A stretch of 64,000 nt of DNA, from assembly GCA_002439805.1 (NCBI GenBank), contig DJPQ01000002.1, positions 2,448 to 66,447 of the forward strand. The letters are read 5' to 3'. The DNA is from Bacteroidales bacterium UBA6408. Its GTDB lineage: Bacteria > Bacteroidota > Bacteroidia > Bacteroidales > UBA932. The notes beneath the pieces are model-generated. The model was not told where the DNA came from. It was given only the letters and a program-made list of their open reading frames with translations, and searched no databases. A program made the translations under genes and the position numbers. Below are positions 35,187 to 44,649 of the stretch, one piece after another (within the stretch, counting starts at the first letter, position 1; the number at the start of each line of letters is the position of its first letter).

Positions 35187-38100
35187 TTAATTTGCCTTTG
35201 CAGGATCCGGAATCTGTGCATAGTCAGAGAGTTTCGTGCATCCCTGGAATGCCGCCTTCATGGTTTTAATTTCAGCGAATCCGGAAGCTGACGAGTTGTC
35301 GGCAGTCCTGTCGTACAGGTGGTATTTCACACCGTTCACAACCGTGTAAGGAGACTCTCCTTTCAGTGAGACACAACCGTCAAACAGGTAATTGATGCTG
35401 GTCACAGCCTTGAAATTGTCGAATATTCCGACAGGAACAGTCTCAAGAGCCGTACAATTTTGGAACAGACTGATGGCTGTCTTGACTTTCTCAGGGTTGA
35501 TGAAGACGTTCGCTCCTATCTCCTTAAGTGATGTGCATCCGGAGAAAATGTTGCTGATGGACGTGCTTCCGTATTTACAGTTGACGACTTCAGATCCAAT
35601 TTTCTCTATCCCGGTGCATCCGCTGAAGGCATAAGTGTAGGTGCTGATTTTCTCGTTGTTCTTGAACAGTCCGGACGGAACCTCTTTAAGACTTATGCAG
35701 TTCTGGAAGATTTTCGTCACCGTTCCCGATGCCGTATTGATTCCGCTGAACGCGTCAGGCGCAATCGTAGCCAGCGATGAACAGTCAGCGAACATCAAGG
35801 CCAAGGTCTTTGTCTTGGTGGTTTGACCGAAAAGTCCGGCAGGGACGGCCTGAAGCGCGGTACAGTTCTGGAAACAACTTTCTGTTGTTGTCGCGTCGGT
35901 GTTATTGACAAACAACTTCTCTGGAATCGTGGCGAGTGCGGTACATCCATAGAATGTCTTTTTGAATGAGTCAGCTCCCGTGAGCCCGTCAAAGAATCCG
36001 GCAGGAAGAGCCTTCAGCGATGTGCATCCCTCGAACGCTGAATCAAGCTTGAGTTTGCCGGTGGCGTTGGTTCCGAAAATATTGCCGACCGAAGCCAAAG
36101 CCGTGCATCCATTGAACGCGTTCACATAGGTTGACACCTTGCTGTTGTTTGCGAACAAACCGGCCGGAAGACTTGTCAGGGATACGCATCCGCTGAAGGC
36201 GCTTTCGAAAGATGTCACAGCCTTATTGTTGACAAACAGGTCGCCCGGAAGACTTGTCAGGGAGGTGCACCCGCTGAACACATTCTTGAATGTCGTGGTC
36301 AAGGTGTTGCCTGCGAACAATCCGGCCGGCACAGATTCGATTCCGGAGAAAGAGAATACATCGCTGGTAGTTTCTAGGTTGGTCATAGGTGCGAAGAGAC
36401 CCTCCGGGATTGTCTTGAGGCTTGCGCACCCGCTGAACAAACCGCTTATGTCCGTGACCTTTGCCGCTCCGGCGAAAGCGTTCTCTGAAACTTTGCTGAG
36501 TTTTGTGCATCCGTTGAACAGATTCGTGATTGATGTACAGGCGTCGCAACCCTCAAGGATGTTTTCTCCAACCTCCTCAATACTTGTGCAATCCTTGAAA
36601 ATGCCCGAGAAAGAGCTAAGTTTCGCCAGACCTTTAAACACACCGGAAGGGATGGACTTGAGTGAGGTGCAACCACTGAAGGCGTTACTGAATTTCGTCA
36701 CCTTTGTGGCGTCCTTGAACAATCCGGACGGGATGGTCTCCAAGGAGGAGCAGCCGTTGAAGATGCTCTCAATGTTCGTGATTTCCGTGAACCCGTCAAG
36801 AAGACCAGCGGGAATCTCCTTCAGGGAGGAGCATCCATTAAAGAGCATCCTCATTCCATTTCCTCTCTTTCCATAGACGACACTTTGCGATCCTGAATTC
36901 TTGAAAAGGTCTGCGGGTACGCTTTGAAGTTCCGAGCAGCCGCTGAAGCAGGACATGAAAGTGTCAACAGATTTGCACCCCTTGAAGATATCCGCCGGTA
37001 CACTCTTGATCTTTGTCCCGGAAAACGTTTGTTGAAAATTCTCGCATTTGGTGTTGTTTGCGAACAGTCCGTCCGGTATCTCGGTCAGGCCAGCTCCAGA
37101 GAAGGCCATCCTGAAAGTCGTGCATTCCGTCTGATTTCTGAAAATTCCGGCAGGGATTGACGTAAGGGCTTCATCGTAGGAGAACACCGCGTTAAACGTG
37201 GTGATTTTAGGGTTGTTGGCGAACAAGTCCTCGCCAACCGTCTTCAGCTTGGTCATTCCCGAAAATGCGGAGCTGCAGTCCGTCAGTTCCGGATTCTTTG
37301 AAAAGATGTCTTTGTCAATTTGCTCAACTGACTCGCAATTGGAGAAAACAGACCCTGCGTCAGAGAGTTTCGGACAGTTGAAGAAGAGAGAGGCTGGAAT
37401 AGTCTTAATGGAGCCACACGAGTAGAACATGTTGTTCACACTTTCTGTCTCGCTGGCATTGGCAAGCAACCCATCAGGGATGACTTTAAGCGAGTCGCAC
37501 TGGGCGAAGGCTGACTCAAATGTCGTGACTTTCGAGAATGCCTCAGTGTCGTCCTCTGGAATGTCAGTCAGGTAGCCGCATCCTTCAAACGCGTACTCCA
37601 TTGCCGTCAGTCCCAGCCTTCCCCAATTATAGACTTGCACGATCTGGTCTTTCTGGTCGTAAGACAGGGAGTTCACGCTGATTCCGCCAGCCTGTCCCCT
37701 AACCGAGACAACGAAGTAGCCCGTGTCAGCATATTCATGGGCAGGATTATCGGTTGTGACCTTTTCGGCATCAGTGCCGTCTCCCCAGTCAACCGTGATT
37801 TCCGTCACGTCTTCGACAGGCAGCATTGATTCGACAATCGCACCTTTAGCCTTCTGAACGTGAAGGCCAATGATAAAGGCATCCTTGTCAATTCCCGGCT
37901 GTGAGACAGTTATCTCTTTGGTGTCCGTATTTTCCTTACCGTCGCCTGTCTTGATTGTGATTTTTACAGTCCTGGTCTGGGCACCGGTGTTTGCAGTCGG
38001 GATAAATTTGAACCCCTTGTCGGTTCTTTCAACTGTAAGCCAGCCACTTTCGTTACCTGATACAGAATATTCCCAATCAAAGTTCGCCTTTACATCGACT

Positions 38101-38849
38101 TCCCTTGCCTCGTTTGAGAATGGCGTCACAGGAACAGTCGAGACGGATGGCTCGATTAGGGCGACCCTGTCCTGCAGCACATCGATAGTCTCAGTAACTT
38201 CCTTTTCTCCGACACCTGCCTTGAGGATGAATTTCACCTCCCTGTCGGTATATTCCTCGTTAGGGTAGGCGCTGATGTTGATGGTGTTTCCATCCCTTTT
38301 AACAAGCATCCATTCGCAGCCGGAGGTTTCGAACGTCCAGTCCGGGTCGGTCGATGTCACCTCGAAAGATGCCGCGAGCTCACCTACTGCCGCAAGGTGG
38401 AAATTATTCTCGGAAGCGACAATCTCAACGGTTCCGTAGGCGTTTTGAGTCGCGGTGACCGTCGCTGTCCTGCCCCCCCCAGCCTTGATTGTCACTGTGG
38501 CGGAAAGCTTTTTCTCGACCTTGTTCGGATCACAGGAGAGAGTAAGCCGGTTAGCTTCATCGTCTTTCGCTCCTTTAATGAAGGATTCTCCTGAAATCTC
38601 GTAGGTCCAGTCCGTGTTGGTGTCCACATCAAGGACAACCTTTCCGCCAAGGCTCTTGAAAGCGATGCTTGCATTGGTCTCGTCCTCAGACGTGAACAGT
38701 GTGTTGCGGGACGTGACCGCCAACGTGGCGTTCTTCACTGTCTCGTTCTCTCCCGGAACCGGATTTTGGTAGTTGATCGTCTCCTTGGTGCAGGCGCAGA
38801 AAGAAGCGGCCAACAACATTGAATATATTATCTTCTTCATGATCTGCAA
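35187..38849 (-). CDS. BspA-type leucine-rich-repeat (LRR_5) surface lipoprotein with N-terminal BACON modules and a PKD-like module
   Basis: 1220 aa with lipobox ASFCAC-TKE and three BACON-like modules. PKD-like ITVDWGDGTDAEKVTTDNPAHEYADTGYFVVSV. Then about 30 tandem 23-25-aa repeats of the form F.GC.SL..IP.GLF.N. Confidence 0.82.
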   Translation of the reverse strand: MQIMKKIIYSMLLAASFCACTKETINYQNPVPGENETVKNATLAVTSRNTLFTSEDETNASIAFKSLGGKVVLDVDTNTDWTYEISGESFIKGAKDDEANRLTLSCDPNKVEKKLSATVTIKAGGGRTATVTATQNAYGTVEIVASENNFHLAAVGELAASFEVTSTDPDWTFETSGCEWMLVKRDGNTINISAYPNEEYTDREVKFILKAGVGEKEVTETIDVLQDRVALIEPSVSTVPVTPFSNEAREVDVKANFDWEYSVSGNESGWLTVERTDKGFKFIPTANTGAQTRTVKITIKTGDGKENTDTKEITVSQPGIDKDAFIIGLHVQKAKGAIVESMLPVEDVTEITVDWGDGTDAEKVTTDNPAHEYADTGYFVVSVRGQAGGISVNSLSYDQKDQIVQVYNWGRLGLTAMEYAFEGCGYLTDIPEDDTEAFSKVTTFESAFAQCDSLKVIPDGLLANASETESVNNMFYSCGSIKTIPASLFFNCPKLSDAGSVFSNCESVEQIDKDIFSKNPELTDCSSAFSGMTKLKTVGEDLFANNPKITTFNAVFSYDEALTSIPAGIFRNQTECTTFRMAFSGAGLTEIPDGLFANNTKCENFQQTFSGTKIKSVPADIFKGCKSVDTFMSCFSGCSELQSVPADLFKNSGSQSVVYGKRGNGMRMLFNGCSSLKEIPAGLLDGFTEITNIESIFNGCSSLETIPSGLFKDATKVTKFSNAFSGCTSLKSIPSGVFKGLAKLSSFSGIFKDCTSIEEVGENILEGCDACTSITNLFNGCTKLSKVSENAFAGAAKVTDISGLFSGCASLKTIPEGLFAPMTNLETTSDVFSFSGIESVPAGLFAGNTLTTTFKNVFSGCTSLTSLPGDLFVNNKAVTSFESAFSGCVSLTSLPAGLFANNSKVSTYVNAFNGCTALASVGNIFGTNATGKLKLDSAFEGCTSLKALPAGFFDGLTGADSFKKTFYGCTALATIPEKLFVNNTDATTTESCFQNCTALQAVPAGLFGQTTKTKTLALMFADCSSLATIAPDAFSGINTASGTVTKIFQNCISLKEVPSGLFKNNEKISTYTYAFSGCTGIEKIGSEVVNCKYGSTSISNIFSGCTSLKEIGANVFINPEKVKTAISLFQNCTALETVPVGIFDNFKAVTSINYLFDGCVSLKGESPYTVVNGVKYHLYDRTADNSSASGFAEIKTMKAAFQGCTKLSDYAQIPDPAKAN
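35350..37600 (-). repeat. tandem LRR_5-coding repeat array inside the 1220-aa gene (approximate bounds)
   Basis: Periodic protein motif (AFSGCTSLKSIPSGVF / FNGCSSLETIPSGLF / FEGCTSLKALPAGFF ...) from about aa 419 to about aa 1165. Nucleotide copies are diverged. Confidence 0.7.
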
Positions 38850-38853
38850 TTGA

Positions 38854-39966
38854 TTATTCGCCCTTCTCGGCTCTTACAAAGTACATTTTCCCATCTGCGT
38901 AATACACATCGTTCAGCATGGCCATATCCTGGCTGGCTCCAATCCTGACAATGAGACCGAGAGAGCCGTAGGCCTCGTCGAAGCCATCCAGAAGAATGGC
39001 CTGACAATTTTCACTAGTCCCGTCAGTGGCGGTTCCGACTGTGCCGTAGAGGATTCCGGTCTCGAATTTCCTCTCCGTGATGTTAGGCTGAACCATATAA
39101 TAGTAGTCTGTATCCGATTGCTCGGATGTTTTAGTCAGACACAGTGAGCCAAGCGTCAGCACCATCTTCTGTGTGTCTTTGTCGTAGGACGCCTCATACT
39201 CAGTGCCTTCAACGAAAAGATCCCTAATGGTGAATGACTTGCCGTACTCTTTCTGCTCAATCGTGCAGTACGAGCCAATGCCTGGGACATCGACAGCGTT
39301 GCCTCCGTAGTACCAACGTTCCGCGTAAAGTCCAAAGCTGCCAAGCATCTGAAAGTAAGGATTCTCTTCGCGGGAGATCTGGGAAATCTTGATTTCCTTG
39401 CTCTCCGATTTTCCGCCCGCCGTCGCCGTGACGGTGACTGTGGCATCACGGTGCTCTTCGCTGTTAGCCTCTGCCGCGACATTGACAAGCGCCCCGTCTG
39501 AACTGGCTGTCAGCCACGTCGCGCTCGACTCAACTTTCCATTCTGCGGCTGTCTCAACCGAGAACATGAAACTGTCTCCTTCTGAGTCAAGTTCAATGCT
39601 TTCCGGAGCATTGACATTCAGCGACAATACCGTTCCGGACCAGGATTGCAAGACCTTGATCTCCTTTTGGGCGGTTGCGGATTCGAGGGTCACCAAAGCC
39701 TTTCTTGCGTCCCCGGTCTCGTTGGCTGTGACAGTGATCGTCACGTTGCCATCGCCCTCCGTGGCAGTGATCCATGACTGTTCAGGCACGGTGGCGTGCC
39801 ATTGTGACGGACATGCCACGGAGATTGTGGCCGTGCCTCCTGCCATCGGGAAGGCCACGTTGTCCTGAGAGATGAGGAGAACATCCGCGATTTCTTCCTT
39901 CGTTATCTCGCTGCAGGCCGAAAGGACAAGCAGCGGGACTGCGAACATTACAAGCAACTTTCTCAT
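38854..39966 (-). CDS. BACON-domain surface lipoprotein (first gene of the operon)
   Basis: Start trimmed to MRKLLVMFAVPLLVLSAC-SEITKEE (39966). Three BACON-like modules (e.g. WITATEGDGNVTITVTANETGDARKALVTL; WLTASSDGALVNVAAEANSEEHRDATVTVTA). Confidence 0.62.
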   Translation of the reverse strand: MRKLLVMFAVPLLVLSACSEITKEEIADVLLISQDNVAFPMAGGTATISVACPSQWHATVPEQSWITATEGDGNVTITVTANETGDARKALVTLESATAQKEIKVLQSWSGTVLSLNVNAPESIELDSEGDSFMFSVETAAEWKVESSATWLTASSDGALVNVAAEANSEEHRDATVTVTATAGGKSESKEIKISQISREENPYFQMLGSFGLYAERWYYGGNAVDVPGIGSYCTIEQKEYGKSFTIRDLFVEGTEYEASYDKDTQKMVLTLGSLCLTKTSEQSDTDYYYMVQPNITERKFETGILYGTVGTATDGTSENCQAILLDGFDEAYGSLGLIVRIGASQDMAMLNDVYYADGKMYFVRAEKGE

Positions 39967-40118
39967 TATGAAATAATTTTGATTGTGAAAAATATTATCG
40001 ATGAAACGCTTTAGAACGGTTTGGACGTAACCATTCTTGGAATACGCCGAACCGATCCCGACAGACAGTATGCAACGCGCTTTCATTCTGTAACCACTAA
40101 AATTCACTACAAACGCCC

Positions 40119-40126
40119 CAAAGTTA
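40119..40126 (-). promoter_or_regulatory. candidate -7 promoter box (TAACTTTG on minus strand) for the Sus-like operon
   Basis: TAnnTTTG consensus, 153 nt upstream of the ATG at 39966. It is the only such box I saw in the 39967-40355 intergenic region on that strand. Confidence 0.35.
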
Positions 40127-40327
40127 CAAAAATATGCTCAATTGAGCAAGTTTTTTTTGCTAAAAGAAATGAATTACTGCTCCAATGGGGTGACTAGTAT
40201 GATTATATTATGATACATATAACTCTTTGTCGGTTACAAACTGTAAGCAACAATCGTAAAGACCAATATAATTACACCACAAAATAGATTTCAAACCGCA
40301 CCTGGGATAAGTTAATCAAACTTTCGC

Positions 40328-40335
40328 TATCTTTG
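40328..40335 (+). promoter_or_regulatory. -7 promoter box (TATCTTTG) for obg
   Basis: TAnnTTTG consensus, 21 nt upstream of the ATG at 40356. Confidence 0.45.
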
Positions 40336-40355
40336 CACCTGCAAAGTAAAAGATT

Positions 40356-41348
40356 ATGGCAGACAGCAACTTTATAGACTACGTGAAGATTTTCTGCGCT
40401 TCGGGAAACGGGGGCGCGGGGTCGATGCATTTGAGGAGGGAGAAATATGTGCCCAAGGGCGGGCCGGACGGAGGGGACGGAGGACGCGGAGGAAACGTCA
40501 TTCTGCGGGCTAATCCTCAGTTCTGGACGCTCATTCACCTTAAGTATCAGAAACATATACGGGCAGGACATGGCGAGGCCGGGAGCGGGGCGCTTTGCAA
40601 CGGGAAGGCCGGAAAGGACGTCTATCTGGACGTGCCGCTCGGGACTGTCGCCAAGGATGCGGAGACGGGCGAGGTTCTGCACGAAATGATTGAGCCGGGA
40701 GAGGAATATGTGCTCGTCAAGGGCGGGCGCGGAGGTCTGGGCAATGCAAACTTCAAGAGCCCTACCAACCAGACGCCGCGTTATGCACAGCCGGGTGAAC
40801 CGGGGTCCGAGGGATGGTATATCCTTGAACTGAAGTTGCTTGCGGATGTGGGACTCGTCGGATTCCCGAATGCGGGGAAATCCACCCTGCTTTCGACGGT
40901 GTCGGCCGCGAAGCCGAAAATCGCGAACTATGCGTTCACGACACTGGAGCCGAGCGTCGGGGTGGTGCGCTACTATGACGACAAATCGTTCGTCATGGCC
41001 GACATCCCGGGAATCATCGAGGGGGCACACGACGGAAAGGGGCTGGGAATCAGGTTTCTCCGGCATATTGAAAGGAACTCGGTGCTGCTGTTTATGGTTT
41101 CCGCCGAAGAGGAGGACATAAAGAAGAGCTATGAAATCCTGCTGGATGAGCTGCGGGAATATAATCCGGAACTGCTCGTAAAGAACCGCGTGCTCGCCGT
41201 GACCAAGTCGGACATGCTGGACGAGCATCTGGAGGCCGAGATTGAACCTGCACTGCCGGAAGGAGTGCCGCACGTGTTCATTTCCTCGTTCACCGGAGAA
41301 GGCATACAGCGGCTGAAGGACCTCCTGTGGGAAAGCCTGCATAAATAA
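40356..41348 (+). CDS. obgE: GTPase ObgE/CgtA
   Basis: Glycine-rich Obg fold ([32 protein letters not shown]) and G-domain motifs [13 protein letters not shown] and TKSD. Confidence 0.93.
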   Translation: MADSNFIDYVKIFCASGNGGAGSMHLRREKYVPKGGPDGGDGGRGGNVILRANPQFWTLIHLKYQKHIRAGHGEAGSGALCNGKAGKDVYLDVPLGTVAKDAETGEVLHEMIEPGEEYVLVKGGRGGLGNANFKSPTNQTPRYAQPGEPGSEGWYILELKLLADVGLVGFPNAGKSTLLSTVSAAKPKIANYAFTTLEPSVGVVRYYDDKSFVMADIPGIIEGAHDGKGLGIRFLRHIERNSVLLFMVSAEEEDIKKSYEILLDELREYNPELLVKNRVLAVTKSDMLDEHLEAEIEPALPEGVPHVFISSFTGEGIQRLKDLLWESLHK

Positions 41349-41528
41349 CGGATGGGTGCCTAAAAGGCGGATTGCGGCTTTACTCGTCTTGACAGAATCC
41401 TCACAACCATAATGTTGCTGCGGCTCTGCCTTCACCGAGTGCCTTGCACTCCATCCTTTTGTGCATCCCCTCCAATACAGTATTTTTATTAAGAGACAAA
41501 TTGAACCGAATCAGCATAAGATTGAACT

Positions 41529-42200
41529 ATGATAAACTGCCTTACAACGACGCTCGAACAGCTTGAGATGCTGGACAAGGAAGCTACGCTGGCGATAAAC
41601 ACAAGCGGAGGGGCGTTCACTGACGCGGTCATGCCGGTGTTCTCCCATGTAAAGGTGTGGATTCCGCTCTATCTCGCGGTACTCGGGATTATCATCTACC
41701 GCATGGGCTGGAAGGCAGGGCTTATCGTGACGCTTGCCCTCGTGCTGAACGTCGTGTGTGCAGACCAGATTGCAAATCTCGTGAAGGACGGGGTCGCGAG
41801 GCTTCGCCCTTGTATGGATCCTTGGATGAAGGCTCATGGGGTCAGGGTACTTGAAGGCGGAGGCGGCTGCGGATTCTACTCCGGACACGCGGCGAACGTG
41901 TTCTCCTTCGCAATGTGCTCGATGCTCTGTCTTTCCTTCATCCGCAGCCGCAAAGGTGCGATGGGACGGGAAAACGGGAGAAGCAGGAAAATATTTCTCG
42001 GAATATACGGGAGCATAATTTTCCTCTGGGCGGCGGCCGTCAGCATAAGCCGCGTCTATTGCGGAAAGCACTTCCTCGGAGACATCACTGTAGGGGCGTT
42101 CGCCGGTCTCGTGACAGGAAGCCTGCTGGCGCTCGCGGCGATAATGGCCGTCAGACATATAAGGGCGATACGCGAGTCCATCCGTCCCGGAATTGCATAA
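41529..42200 (+). CDS. PAP2 superfamily phosphatase (membrane)
   Basis: PAP2 motifs KDGVARLRP, YSGHAAN and SRVYCGKHFLGDITVGA; multiple TM helices. Confidence 0.75.
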   Translation: MINCLTTTLEQLEMLDKEATLAINTSGGAFTDAVMPVFSHVKVWIPLYLAVLGIIIYRMGWKAGLIVTLALVLNVVCADQIANLVKDGVARLRPCMDPWMKAHGVRVLEGGGGCGFYSGHAANVFSFAMCSMLCLSFIRSRKGAMGRENGRSRKIFLGIYGSIIFLWAAAVSISRVYCGKHFLGDITVGAFAGLVTGSLLALAAIMAVRHIRAIRESIRPGIA

Positions 42201-42279
42201 GGAACGCCATATACAAAGCGACACAGGCTCCAAATGAATATGCTCAAGTCGGAGCCTGCATATTTTCTGCGACTCCACC

Positions 42280-43674
42280 CTACAGGACCGGAATTACCTT
42301 CTCCATCCTCGTGCCGCGTGAGCCTTTTATGAGTATCGCTGCGGAAGAAAACTCAGACTCATGAGAGGCGACGTAGGCGGCAAGCTCGTCCGACGTGCTG
42401 AAACAGCGCTCCGCCCCTGCCTTTCGGAACTCCTCGCCGACAAAGTAGCCTTCAAGTCCATATTCCGCAACCAGCCGAAGAACCTTGAGATGCTCCGCGA
42501 CCGATTCCCCGCCAAGTTCCAGCATATCCCCGAGCAGGACGATTTTCTTAGCCGCATCAAAGCCCGCGAAATTGTCCAGCGCCGCCTTCATACTCGACGG
42601 ATTGGCATTGTAGGCATCGACAATGAGGACATTGCGTCCCGTGCGCTGCATCTGGGAACGGTTGTTTGACGGGACATAAGACTCTATGGCCGCGACTGCG
42701 TCAGACTGAGGAACGCCGAAGAAACGCCCTATGCAGAGAGCGGCGAGAACATTGTCGGCATTGTAGGAACCCACCAGATTAGTGGAAACCGGCGTGCCGT
42801 CCGCAAGGCGAAGGCGAAGATAAGGATGCGCGGCATCGGCCTCCAGAACTGCCGAACCGGAATAGTGCAGACCGTAAGGAACCGCCACGAGCCCCACGGG
42901 AACCGGTCTTATGCGGTCACGGCCAAGGAAAGCTTCCATGTCGAAGACGGAGTCGTCCTGTGCAGTCCCGAAGCCCCTTGATGCAGCCATCTCGACCAGC
43001 AAAGGATTGTCCTGATTGACGAAGACCATCCCCGCACCCCCGACATTTCCGGCGATGAAGTCGTACATCTCTCCCTTCGTTGCCTTCACGCCCTCGAAAG
43101 AGCCGAATCCGAGGATATGAGCCCGCCCGACATTGGTGATGAGCCCGAAATCCGGAGCGGCTATATCGACAAGTTCCTTAATGTCGCCGGGATGGCTCGC
43201 GCCCATTTCAATGACGGCAATCTCCGTGTCAGGCGAAATGCCGAGAACAGTGAGCGGAACGCCTATATTGTTGTTGAGATTTCCGCTTGTCGCATGAGTG
43301 CGGAACCGCGTGGAAAGAACAGCGTTTATGAGTTCCTTAGTCGTCGTCTTTCCGTTCGTCCCGGTAAGACCGAGGACAGGGATGCTGAGCCTGTCGCGAT
43401 GGTGACGGGCAAGCGCCCAAAGAGCCCGTAGAGTGTCCGAAACCGGAATGAGACGAGACTCGCCCGCAGCCGCAGCGGCAGCCGGAGAGCTATCATCAAC
43501 AACGGCGTATGCAGCCCCCCTTTCAAGAGCCTGCAACGCATACTCATTCCCGTCAAAGTTCTCTCCTTTCAGCGCGAAGAACAGTTCGCCCCCGTTAATC
43601 TTCCGGCTGTCTGTCGTGACTTTGGCGCCGCAGGAGGTGAATATGCCATATAACTTGTTTATGTCCATATCCAT
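42280..43674 (-). CDS. murF: UDP-N-acetylmuramoyl-tripeptide--D-alanyl-D-alanine ligase
   Basis: TTDSRKINGGELFFALKGENFDGNEYA, P-loop GLTGTNGKTTTKE and DAYNANPSSM. Confidence 0.87.
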   Translation of the reverse strand: MDMDINKLYGIFTSCGAKVTTDSRKINGGELFFALKGENFDGNEYALQALERGAAYAVVDDSSPAAAAAAGESRLIPVSDTLRALWALARHHRDRLSIPVLGLTGTNGKTTTKELINAVLSTRFRTHATSGNLNNNIGVPLTVLGISPDTEIAVIEMGASHPGDIKELVDIAAPDFGLITNVGRAHILGFGSFEGVKATKGEMYDFIAGNVGGAGMVFVNQDNPLLVEMAASRGFGTAQDDSVFDMEAFLGRDRIRPVPVGLVAVPYGLHYSGSAVLEADAAHPYLRLRLADGTPVSTNLVGSYNADNVLAALCIGRFFGVPQSDAVAAIESYVPSNNRSQMQRTGRNVLIVDAYNANPSSMKAALDNFAGFDAAKKIVLLGDMLELGGESVAEHLKVLRLVAEYGLEGYFVGEEFRKAGAERCFSTSDELAAYVASHESEFSSAAILIKGSRGTRMEKVIPVL

Positions 43675-43754
43675 AAATCATTAAATACCGGTCCATAGCA
43701 TTACTTGTTGCGAACGGAATGAAAAATCCGTCCCCAATGGCACCGGAATGAATA

Positions 43755-44192
43755 TCAGCGCCCGGTTGAGCCAAGTCCGCCCTCGCCTCGGGCAGTGTCA
43801 TCGAGCTTCTCTACTTCTTCCCATTCGACGCGCTCGTAGCGGGCGACAATCATCTGGGCTATGCGCTCCCCCGGATTCACGACGAAATCCTTGTCTGAAA
43901 GATTGATGAGAATGGCGGCAATTTCACCGCGATAGTCCGCGTCTATGGTGCCCGGAGTGTTCAGAACCGTGATTCCGTGCTTCGCCGCAAGCCCGCTGCG
44001 AGGTCTGACCTGCGCCTCCGTGCCCTTGGGAAGAGCTATTCTGAGACCCGTCGGAACTATCACCCTCTGCATCGGGGCAATCGTAATCGGTTCGTCAATG
44101 TTTGCCTTCAAATCGACACCCGCCGAGTCCTCCGTAGCATAGGCCGGGGCATCCCAGCGCGAGCCGTTTATAATCCTTACCTTCATCGTCAC
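43755..44192 (-). CDS. dut: dUTP diphosphatase
   Basis: 145 aa with [25 protein letters not shown] and [10 protein letters not shown] motifs. Confidence 0.93.
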   Translation of the reverse strand: MTMKVRIINGSRWDAPAYATEDSAGVDLKANIDEPITIAPMQRVIVPTGLRIALPKGTEAQVRPRSGLAAKHGITVLNTPGTIDADYRGEIAAILINLSDKDFVVNPGERIAQMIVARYERVEWEEVEKLDDTARGEGGLGSTGR

Positions 44193-44502
44193 AATAAATT
44201 TAAATTTTCGCGACGCAAAGGTAGCAAGAATTAGGAACTGTTTTAAATTTTTAAAACAGTTTCTTACTCAGCATCCCGCAAAACGCGGCGCGAATCTGCT
44301 AAACAAATTCTACGGAACGGAGCTCCAGTCCGAGTTCGCTTACCATTGCGCTTACGCTCTCGTATGAATTGTCTGATGAAATGAAAGTGTTCATGAGACT
44401 GATGATTGAATCTGTACGCATATCTCTTGTATTTAAATGTTTTACATCCTCTTTTCAGAGCCGTCCAAAAGACCTTCCTCTGAATTACGATGCAAAATTA
44501 AG

Positions 44503-44541
44503 GCGAGCTTGTGCAAAACCACTGCACAAGCTCGCTTTTTT
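44503..44541. terminator. perfect 13-bp hairpin with flanking T/A tracts, likely terminator of the Na/Pi transporter gene
   Basis: gcgagcttgtgca / tgcacaagctcgc with a 7-nt loop. TTTTTT follows on the plus strand and AATTTTG on the minus strand. It lies about 115 nt past the minus-strand stop at 44650. Confidence 0.5.
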
Positions 44542-44649
44542 GTAAATTTTTCAAAAATTATTTCCGAACAAAGACTTCTCGGCTCCGCTCGAAGCGACGC
44601 GGTGGAGGACAAAAGCCATTTCCCTCGGCTCCGCCCAAAGGGACAGAAA

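Noticed and set aside
40272-41435. 387-aa ORF antisense to obg
   Set aside because: It fully overlaps the strongly supported ObgE CDS on the opposite strand. It is Arg/His/Pro-rich with no recognisable motifs, a typical shadow ORF in GC-rich DNA.
41511-42278. 255-aa ORF antisense to the PAP2 phosphatase
   Set aside because: The plus-strand ORF carries the three PAP2 motifs and TM helices, whereas the antisense ORF has none.
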